Source of the DNA: Candidatus Binatia bacterium
GTDB lineage: Bacteria > Desulfobacterota > Binatia > UBA9968
Direction of reading: 5' to 3'
DNA length: 32,000 nucleotides
Assembly (NCBI GenBank): GCA_041494945.1
Contig: JBGQBP010000007.1
Span: 1-32,000, forward strand
The notes under the pieces were generated by a model. The model was given only the letters and a program-made list of their open reading frames with translations, ran no database searches and was not told the DNA's origin. Position 1 is the first letter of the stretch. Each line of letters opens with the position of its first letter. Position numbers and translations under genes: made by a program. This document shows positions 25,057 through 31,668 of the stretch, in pieces.

Positions 25057-25109
25057 TTTCCACTCTGCGAAAAACCCGTAGTGACCCAGTTGAGTTTAGG
25101 CGGGGCAGC

Positions 25110-25313
25110 TTATAGCGGGTTTTTTGAAATTCGAAAATTGATGACTTCGTGCCAGTTCGGCGTAAGGCGTGGTCTTTGGTCTGTGGGCTTTGAATTACAA
25201 TGCGGGCAGGGTTGCTCTTTGACCGCTCCGAGCACATCATCTTTGTCTGTTAGTTCCAGATCGAAAGTCTTTTCGCAGTTCTGACACTTCAATGTCCACG
25301 TCCCCGCATCCAT
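25110..25313 (-). CDS. small zinc-ribbon protein (67 aa), function unknown
   Basis: Two Cys pairs, KCQNCEKTF and CPHCNSKP, lie about 30 residues apart. The gene is convergent with the activator gene. Confidence 0.55.
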   Translation of the reverse strand: MDAGTWTLKCQNCEKTFDLELTDKDDVLGAVKEQPCPHCNSKPTDQRPRLTPNWHEVINFRISKNPL

Positions 25314-25462
25314 GCGACGTAATCATAAATCCGTCTTTGTTTGCTGGCAAGGATGGATACAGCGCCGGGGCGCAGGCGCTGAAGGAAGAAATCTCAGGTC
25401 GAGAATCAGCGTGTGAAAAATGAGTAACTAGCGGATTTTGTATCAATAGCTTTACGATAAAC

Positions 25463-25478
25463 TGGCACGCTTCATGCT
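25463..25478 (+). promoter_or_regulatory. sigma-54 (-24/-12) promoter TGGCACGCTTCATGCT
   Basis: TGGCACG-N4-aTGCt matches the TGGCACG-N4-TTGCW consensus at all but one core position. It lies 37 nt upstream of the ATG at 25515. The sequence is confirmed by the antisense ORF-track translation. Confidence 0.7.
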
Positions 25479-25514
25479 TTATGTCGAAACAGTTGGTAGC
25501 GGTGGAACAATTGG

Positions 25515-28500
25515 ATGAAAGATAGAAGCTGGCTTGAGCTGCGTCTCTCAGCGAAGATCGAGTCGTCGTTGCAGCGGGTGTTTCGAAGACCAGCTCTTTT
25601 TTCCATTTCCACTTTGTCCCGCATTTTTTGCCACGGTCTCGGACGCGCATGGCTGAGGAGAACCGTTCTTGGCTTAGTTTTCATTGGAATACTCGTCTAT
25701 GAATTGCACACATCCGCTCTCGAAGCATGGCTGTTAGCGCATTATTCCGCGCGGCTTTCCTACGAGCTGGCTCTAGGCCCAAGTCCAGAGATTGCTTTCC
25801 CCAAGGGCGGTCCTTATGACGAACGGCTTGGTTATTCGCAAATTCCGCTCTTTCAGTCTCACTTGGAGGCTCAGGAATTCCACGTAATAGAGCAGGTGCG
25901 AATGTCACGGGGGCTGGCCCGCCTTGTAAGTCTAGGAATTGCGCCTCCATATCGGGAGACCGCAGTTGAAGGTCTCGAAATTAGAGGCGCCGATGGAGAA
26001 GCCCTCTATAAGGCTGCTGCGGCTGATCACTCTTTTCATGATTTTAAAGACATTCCGCCGGTACTGATCCGAACTCTGCTCTTTATCGAAAACCAGCAAC
26101 TCGAAAGCCCGTCCAGTCCACGCAGTAACCCGGCCATTCAATGGGAGCGTCTGGCAAAGGCCGTGCTCTTGTATGCGGGGAGCAAGTTAGGCTTCTCTGA
26201 TTCCATTCAAGGCGGCAGCACCCTGGCTACTCAAATGGAAAAGTTCCGCCACTCTCCTCAAGGGCGCACCCAGTCCGTTTGGGACAAGTTGCGCCAGTTG
26301 ATTGGCGCAAGTCTAAAAGTATATCGCGAAGGAACGGACACACGTCCCCGCAGACAGGAAATCGTCATAGACTACCTGAATAGTGTGCCTCTGTCGGCCG
26401 TGCCCGGCTATGGTGAGGTGACCGGTATTGGAGAAGGACTCTATGCCTGGTTTGGCTTGCAGCCGGAAAAGGTATGGAAAGACCTTGCTAATCCCGCTCT
26501 TACGACGGCTAAGGTCAAAGCCTATAAGAATACGCTGGCTTTGTTGGTTTCATTACCTGCTACCAGCAGCTTTCTGATTAAAGATCATGAAGCCCTCAAT
26601 CGCAGAGTCAACTTCTACACGAGGCGGTTAAAAAAAACAGGCATCATCGACGAGAAATTTGCCGACGCCCTGCTGAAAGAGCCGATTCGCTTTATGCCTA
26701 AAGCCCGCCTTCGTTCACCTCAATCCTTCAATCAGGAAAAAGCATCGAATGCTGTTCGTGCTTCTATGTTACGGCTCCTGGATGTACCAGATCTGTATAG
26801 TTTAGACCGACTGCACCTGGAGGTCGAAAGCACCATCGATAGCGCCTTGGAAGGAACGGTGACGAGGTTTTTCCGATCATTGACCGACCCGGAGTTTGTC
26901 CAGGTTCGGGGATTAAATCAGGAAAGAATGCTGGAGGGTGCGAATCCGCGCAAGGTGATCTACAGTTTACTCCTGTTTGAACGCACTCCGGAAGCTAACG
27001 TCTTACGTGTTCAGGCGGACAACCTCGCTCAACCGTTCGACATTAATTACGGCGTCAAGCTGGAATTGGGCAGCACCGCCAAGCTTCGTACCCTGGCTCA
27101 CTATCTCGAAGTCGTGGCCCTTCTCTACAGAGAATTTTCCTCGCTGGATGATGCATCGCTTGCCCAGTGGGTTTCGCGCGGACGGGATCCAATTACCCGA
27201 TGGGCAGCGGACACTTTGATAAAAGAAAAAAAACTGTCCTTGGATGAGTTTCTTGATAAAGCGTTGGAGCGGCGCTATTCAGCGAGTCCCTATGAGACAT
27301 TTTTTACCGGTAAAGGCGCTCACCATTTTGCGAATTTCGATCCCTTGGATAATTCGCGCATCCTTACGGTACGAGTCGCTTTGCAGCATTCTACGAACCT
27401 TGTGTTTATCCGCTTGATGCGGGACCTTGTCCGTTATCACGAGGCGCGGTTGCCTTATGACGGCGCGGCCGTATTATCCAACGTGAACGACCCCAAACGT
27501 CGCGCAATGTTAGTGGAAGAAGCTGAGGACGAGACAAAGGCGATCCTTTTTCAGGCCTACCGGCGTTACCGCGGCCTCCCTGCGGATGCCATTGTGAAGC
27601 GACTGCTAGGGAGCCGGCAGTCAGCTCGCGCTCACGCGATCCTATTTTTCGCATTGAATCAGGGCGGCGACGAACAAGCCCTGGCCGCTTGGTTGAATCA
27701 CTATCATCCGGTGTCGCCGGATGAAGTTCGTCGTCTTTATCGAGCCTATTCAAACCCAAGGCTTAACCTTGCCGATTTCGGCTATCTGCTGTCACTCCAT
27801 CCGCTAAGCGTTTGGTGTGCCGGTGAGCTGGCGCGAAAACCAGACATGAGATGGGATGAGCTTTTTAGCCGTAGCGGCGCTGCACGCCGAATCAGTTATG
27901 CCTGGCTTTTCAATCCACGCAATCGGAAGGCGCAAGATTTGCGCGTGCGCATTCGCATTGAAAAAGATGCCTTTGCACGTATGACCCCTTATTGGCAGAG
28001 GCTGGGATTCCCATTCAAGCATCTGGTGCCAACCTATGCGACGGCCATTGGAAATTCTTCCGATCGGCCCTCGGCCCTGGCGGAGCTGATGGGAATCATC
28101 GTTAATGACGGTGTCCACCGTGCTAGCTTTAGTTTGCGGAGGCTCCGCTTTGCTTCTAGCACCCCTTACGAAACTGTTTTCGAGCCACGTTTGACTTCAC
28201 GTGAGCAGGTGATGGAGCCGGCTGTCGCCCGTGCCTTAAAAAATGTACTGGCGGAGGTAGTTGAAGTAGGGACGGCTAGCCGATTGAAGGGGGCTTTTAT
28301 ATCGCCTGATGGTAAGACAGTGCGAGTGGGCGGAAAGACTGGGTCCGGAGACAACCGGTATAAAACCTTTGACCGCCACGGGAACGAAACATCTTCCCGC
28401 GCAGTGAATCGGACGGCCGCTTTTGTTTTTTACATCGGGGACCGTTACTACGGAGTGATCACGGCGTTTGTCCCCGGCCGGGAAGGTGCAGGGTACCGTT

Positions 28501-28598
28501 TTACCAGCGCCTTGCCGGTAAACGTCCTGAAACTCTTGGCGCCTGTGATTAATGCACGATTCGAGAAAAGCTTTTCTATAAACAACGGGGAGACTTAG
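25515..28598 (+). CDS. class-A penicillin-binding-protein-like protein (GT51 transglycosylase plus transpeptidase-type motifs) with long unassigned middle region
   Basis: 1027 aa with an N-terminal TM helix (VLGLVFIGILVY). GT51 motifs are LLFIENQQL, GGSTLATQMEKF and RRQEIVIDYLN. Acyl-serine-type motifs are ELGSTAKL (SxxK), HSTN (SxN) and GGKTGSG (KTG). Confidence 0.85.
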   Translation: MKDRSWLELRLSAKIESSLQRVFRRPALFSISTLSRIFCHGLGRAWLRRTVLGLVFIGILVYELHTSALEAWLLAHYSARLSYELALGPSPEIAFPKGGPYDERLGYSQIPLFQSHLEAQEFHVIEQVRMSRGLARLVSLGIAPPYRETAVEGLEIRGADGEALYKAAAADHSFHDFKDIPPVLIRTLLFIENQQLESPSSPRSNPAIQWERLAKAVLLYAGSKLGFSDSIQGGSTLATQMEKFRHSPQGRTQSVWDKLRQLIGASLKVYREGTDTRPRRQEIVIDYLNSVPLSAVPGYGEVTGIGEGLYAWFGLQPEKVWKDLANPALTTAKVKAYKNTLALLVSLPATSSFLIKDHEALNRRVNFYTRRLKKTGIIDEKFADALLKEPIRFMPKARLRSPQSFNQEKASNAVRASMLRLLDVPDLYSLDRLHLEVESTIDSALEGTVTRFFRSLTDPEFVQVRGLNQERMLEGANPRKVIYSLLLFERTPEANVLRVQADNLAQPFDINYGVKLELGSTAKLRTLAHYLEVVALLYREFSSLDDASLAQWVSRGRDPITRWAADTLIKEKKLSLDEFLDKALERRYSASPYETFFTGKGAHHFANFDPLDNSRILTVRVALQHSTNLVFIRLMRDLVRYHEARLPYDGAAVLSNVNDPKRRAMLVEEAEDETKAILFQAYRRYRGLPADAIVKRLLGSRQSARAHAILFFALNQGGDEQALAAWLNHYHPVSPDEVRRLYRAYSNPRLNLADFGYLLSLHPLSVWCAGELARKPDMRWDELFSRSGAARRISYAWLFNPRNRKAQDLRVRIRIEKDAFARMTPYWQRLGFPFKHLVPTYATAIGNSSDRPSALAELMGIIVNDGVHRASFSLRRLRFASSTPYETVFEPRLTSREQVMEPAVARALKNVLAEVVEVGTASRLKGAFISPDGKTVRVGGKTGSGDNRYKTFDRHGNETSSRAVNRTAAFVFYIGDRYYGVITAFVPGREGAGYRFTSALPVNVLKLLAPVINARFEKSFSINNGET

Positions 28599-28644
28599 CT
28601 TCTCGTGTGACCGCTTACGACTTTTCGCTGTTTCCCGTTTAAGC

Positions 28645-28739
28645 TGCAAAAATTGCACGTCTCAATTAATCCAGAACCCCAGCAGTGCAATTTTTGCACT
28701 AATTTACGCTTGTTCACTGTGCCAGATGCCAAATTTGCA
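28645..28739. promoter_or_regulatory. three phased TGC-N7-GCA sites, candidate enhancer (UAS) for a sigma-54 activator
   Basis: The sites are TGCAAAAATTGCA (28645-28657), TGCAATTTTTGCA (28686-28698) and TGCCAAATTTGCA (28727-28739). Start-to-start spacing is 41 bp both times. Sites 1 and 2 are reverse complements of each other. Confidence 0.55.
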
Positions 28740-28835
28740 TTCCAGACCTGATTTTTGTTGAAAACTCGTTTTTAAAACCCTCGCTGCCGAATAATTCCCC
28801 CGATTTTTTAGTAAGTTAGCGTCATCCGGGAAGAG

Positions 28836-28851
28836 TGGCCTCGATCTTGCG
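28836..28851 (+). promoter_or_regulatory. sigma-54 (-24/-12) promoter TGGCCTCGATCTTGCG
   Basis: TGGC and TTGC have exact consensus spacing. The promoter lies about 100-190 bp downstream of the three phased sites and about 200 bp upstream of the first pseudo-receiver gene. Confidence 0.6.
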
Positions 28852-28876
28852 TTTGACCTAAGGGGGAGGGCAAGAA

Positions 28877-29002
28877 TTGAAACCGTTGGAATTGTTTGCC
28901 ACGGCGTTGATCGGGCTGTTTCTTTTAACCAACGAGCAATGGCGTAAAAATCCACACCGACCACTGGCCCACGGATCGTTCTTCGCTCACCCGGGTGTCT
29001 GA
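28877..29002 (+). CDS. candidate 41-aa small membrane protein (below ORF-track cutoff)
   Basis: A TTG start follows AGGGGGAGGG by 6 nt. My translation is MKPLELFATALIGLFLLTNEQWRKNPHRPLAHGSFFAHPGV, with one hydrophobic helix. It starts just downstream of the predicted sigma-54 transcription start. Confidence 0.3.
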   Translation: MKPLELFATALIGLFLLTNEQWRKNPHRPLAHGSFFAHPGV

Positions 29003-29052
29003 AAAATACCGGTGGATCACTGAAGGCAAAGACGAAGGCAGAGACGAGAAAA

Positions 29053-29412
29053 ATGGCAAAGGAGAAGAAAAGAGTTTTGTTGATTGGTGTGAAGCCAGAC
29101 ATTGAGCTTTTCGCCTGGCTGGGACAAGAAGGTTACGAGGTTGCCGCTCTTGAATCGCCTTACAGAGCCCGGGGCGTGTATCCTTTATACAAGCCGCACC
29201 TCATCATCGTTCAACTGCGCTACCCAAAAGAAGTAGCCATTTTGGACGATTGCGTGGCCCTGGCCGGAAAGGTGCCTGTCGTCGCTACCGTTTCGCTTCT
29301 TGCGCAGCAAGTTCTTGTTAAAGCGGTAAAAGAAAAGGCGGCGTCTTTTCTCGTTCTTCCTGCGAAACCGCAAACCATTAGAGAAACCTTACGGAGCGTG
29401 GAGCTATCTTAG
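29053..29412 (+). CDS. single-domain pseudo-receiver (CheY-fold-like, acceptor Asp replaced by Gln), paralog A
   Basis: KRVLLIGVKPD..QEGYEV..ESPYRARG..KPHLIIVQLRYP..VPVVATVS..FLVLPAKP. The acceptor position (CheY FVISDWNMP) is Q. Confidence 0.8.
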   Translation: MAKEKKRVLLIGVKPDIELFAWLGQEGYEVAALESPYRARGVYPLYKPHLIIVQLRYPKEVAILDDCVALAGKVPVVATVSLLAQQVLVKAVKEKAASFLVLPAKPQTIRETLRSVELS

Positions 29413-29550
29413 GATGAAGACCAATTTTCTTTGGCTAGGAATAAAGAGTCTAGGAACTGATTAGATCAAGAATCCTTGAGACCTCGTTGGCCGCGCGAAT
29501 TTTTACGATCGGGGAAAAAGGACCCAAGAAATTCTCTTTAGGAGCCGCTG

Positions 29551-30030
29551 ATGACTACAACCGCTTTGGCAATCACTGGTGATTATCCGGAAAATTTCTC
29601 CGGCAGCAGGCCAAACAAAAGAATGGCGCCATTCCGAAAAAAAATCCTACTCATCGACGATCAATCGGAGACCTCACTGTTCATTACCCTTCAGCAGGAA
29701 GGCTATGAAGTCATAGCAGTTGAGTCCGTCCAAAAGGCATGGGGTGTGGTCTGGATGTTACAACCTCACTTCATCGTTCTCAATCTCACCGAGCCGAGTC
29801 GAGGGGATATTTCTACGCTGCAGGGATGCATTGTCCTGGCCGGGGGGATCCCTATTATCATTGCCGCGCCCATCTCTGGAAGCGAGGCCATCGTCAAGGC
29901 TCTGGAAAGGGTGAGCCCGGTTTTTCTCTCTTTTCCACTAGGACAGTATGGCATAGGGAGAATTTTGCATGAGCTGGACGGGTCAGATCGAGAGAACGAG
30001 AAGACCTTTTTAGCAACATCCGAAAAATGA
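29551..30030 (+). CDS. single-domain pseudo-receiver (acceptor Asp replaced by Asn), paralog B
   Basis: An AGGAG Shine-Dalgarno lies 6 nt before ATG 29551; an alternative ATG is at 29623. KKILLIDDQSE..QEGYEV..ESVQKAWG..QPHFIVLNLTEP..IPIIIAAP..FLSFPLG. D57, T87 and K109 equivalents are all missing. Confidence 0.8.
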   Translation: MTTTALAITGDYPENFSGSRPNKRMAPFRKKILLIDDQSETSLFITLQQEGYEVIAVESVQKAWGVVWMLQPHFIVLNLTEPSRGDISTLQGCIVLAGGIPIIIAAPISGSEAIVKALERVSPVFLSFPLGQYGIGRILHELDGSDRENEKTFLATSEK

Positions 30031-30521
30031 TTCGATCTCTAGTCGTGGTGGGGGCACAGTCGCCCGGCAAGAGGTCTTTTTTGACACGGCTGTCTTCGGA
30101 TTCCGTGGGAGAGGGCGCGGCGCGAAAGTCAAAAATGCGTGGAGAAAAGATAGAGAACGGGAAAAGAATTCTGTTGATCAATGGGAAATCGGAAACGCTT
30201 CTTGTTGGTCTCGAGCAGGAAGGGTGCGAGGTCACTATCTGTGAGTCGCCCCAGAAGGCCTGGGGTTTTATTTATCCAACTCGGCCTCATTTCATCATCC
30301 TGCATCTCGAACAACCAGGTAATGGGAACATTTATGCGTTACAGGAATGCCGCGCCCTGGCGGACGGCGTGCCGCTTATTATTGCCGTGCAGGCTTCACA
30401 AAGCGAATCTTTTATAAAAGAGCTGGGAGATTCTGTTCGGTTCCTCCATCTTCCATTGAAACTGAATGCAATTAGAGAAGTCCTCTACGGTGTAGAATCC
30501 GAATGGCGGCACCAGTTCTAG
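30027..30521 (+). CDS. single-domain pseudo-receiver (acceptor Asp replaced by His), paralog C
   Basis: ATG 30027 overlaps the stop of paralog B (ATGA); an alternative ATG is at 30135. KRILLINGKSE..QEGCEV..ESPQKAWG..RPHFIILHLEQP..VPLIIAVQ..FLHLPLK. Confidence 0.75.
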   Translation: MIRSLVVVGAQSPGKRSFLTRLSSDSVGEGAARKSKMRGEKIENGKRILLINGKSETLLVGLEQEGCEVTICESPQKAWGFIYPTRPHFIILHLEQPGNGNIYALQECRALADGVPLIIAVQASQSESFIKELGDSVRFLHLPLKLNAIREVLYGVESEWRHQF

Positions 30522-30601
30522 TCTCCGCGTTGTCGTCGGTTCATGCAGGTGTCCGTATCGTCGAAAACGAGAAAAGGAAAATGCGCCGAGGAGAACAACG
30601 C

Positions 30602-30991
30602 ATGCTGAAAGAGAAAGGAGGGGAAGTTAGAAAAAAAATTGTATTGATTGACGAAAACCCAGATGTCGGTCTTTTCAATGCCCTGCAGCAGGAAGGATAC
30701 GAAGTCGTTACCTGCGAGTCTCCGCAAAAAGCGTGGGGCTTGGTCCATCTGTTTCGACCCCACTTCGTTATCGTTCATTTTCACCGTCCAAGTATAAGAG
30801 ATGTAGCCCAATTACAGGAATGCCGCGCCCTGGCTGCCGGCGCTCCCGTTATCATTGCCACCTCCGTTCCCGGTTACGAAACCATTATGAAGGCGCTGGA
30901 AGAGGGGGCCACGGCCTTTCTCTTTCTGCCAATAAAGCCAGAAGCCGTCAGAAATATGTTGGAAGGCCTGGAGTCATCCGCCAATAGATAG
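30602..30991 (+). CDS. single-domain pseudo-receiver (acceptor Asp replaced by His), paralog D
   Basis: The track ORF starts at 30503. ATG 30602 has GAGGAG 8 nt upstream and gives MLKEKGGEVRKKIVLIDENPD, parallel to paralog A (MAKEKKRVLLIG). QEGYEV..ESPQKAWG..RPHFVIVHFHRP..APVIIATSV..FLFLPIKP. Confidence 0.75.
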   Translation: MLKEKGGEVRKKIVLIDENPDVGLFNALQQEGYEVVTCESPQKAWGLVHLFRPHFVIVHFHRPSIRDVAQLQECRALAAGAPVIIATSVPGYETIMKALEEGATAFLFLPIKPEAVRNMLEGLESSANR

Positions 30992-31093
30992 AAACCTGGA
31001 ATCCTGTGGAAGAGTTAAAATGAGACGAAAATCTCGGCAAAGGCATCCTGGAGGCATTGGATTTCTCAAGAGGATGTAAAAGATAGAAAAAAA

Positions 31094-31264
31094 ATGGAGA
31101 CGACAAAAAGGCGAGCTCTGGAGCTTGCAGCCCTTCTTGCCAGGAGCGAGCCGCCGTTTTCGAAAGCGATCGACGATGCGCTACAAGAGCTCAGAGAGTT
31201 TCTTAAAACAGCAGATCCGCAGACAAAGAAAGAGGTTATGGAGAGAATCCGTGGCTTCGATTAG
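31094..31264 (+). CDS. candidate 56-aa helical protein (below ORF-track cutoff)
   Basis: My translation is METTKRRALELAALLARSEPPFSKAIDDALQELREFLKTADPQTKKEVMERIRGFD, ending at TAG 31262-31264. It is amphipathic and charged with no internal stops. No family recognised. Confidence 0.45.
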   Translation: METTKRRALELAALLARSEPPFSKAIDDALQELREFLKTADPQTKKEVMERIRGFD

Positions 31265-31280
31265 AGGGGAGGTGATACCG

Positions 31281-31538
31281 ATGAACAAAAGATGGGTGCC
31301 TTGGTTAGCATCCGGCATTTTTGCTTTCACTCTTGCGTTTGCAGGGTGTCAGAAAAAAGAGGAACCAGCTCCGGCTCCGAATCCTGCACCGGCGGTGGCG
31401 CCTGCAGGTAGTCCAGATACAGGGCCTGGCGCTATAGCGCCGGGACAAGCAGGAAGTGATGTAGGCCCGGCAAGTTCGGCCGCTACTGGGGAAACGAAAA
31501 AACCAGATAAGCAAGAAGCGGGCACGAAGAAAAATTAG
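31281..31538 (+). CDS. small Pro/Ala-rich lipoprotein (85 aa)
   Basis: The internal ATG of track ORF 31125-31538 is preceded by GGGGAGGTG. MNKRWVPWLASGIFAFTLAFAGC carries a lipobox. The remainder is low-complexity PAPAP..KKPDKQEAGTKKN. Confidence 0.7.
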   Translation: MNKRWVPWLASGIFAFTLAFAGCQKKEEPAPAPNPAPAVAPAGSPDTGPGAIAPGQAGSDVGPASSAATGETKKPDKQEAGTKKN

Positions 31539-31566
31539 GTTGGTTTCTTTCTCTGGAAGAGAATGA

Positions 31567-31590
31567 GGGGGGAGGGTTTTCCCTCCCTCT
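31567..31590 (+). terminator. GC-rich hairpin after the lipoprotein gene (terminator-like, weak U tract)
   Basis: GGGAGGG-TTTT-CCCTCCC (31570-31587) is extendable by G-U/G-C pairs. CTCTTCG follows. Confidence 0.35.
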
Positions 31591-31668
31591 CTTCGTCCAG
31601 TCAGCATTAGGTGCACAGGTGCACGTAACTCGGAAAAAGACTTCTAGAAACTAAGGGAGGCATAGAGC

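Noticed and set aside
28704-29102. 132-aa minus-strand ORF across the intergenic region upstream of the pseudo-receivers
   Set aside because: It runs through the sigma-54 promoter, one enhancer site and the start of paralog A. It has no Shine-Dalgarno and no recognisable motif. The region is better explained as regulatory DNA plus a small plus-strand ORF.
31609-31624. Tandem AGGTGCAC AGGTGCAC upstream of the Pal-like gene; considered as another activator site
   Set aside because: There are only two 8-bp copies. The spacing (TGC-N6-GCA) differs from the TGC-N7-GCA sites, and no sigma-54 promoter follows. Evidence is insufficient.
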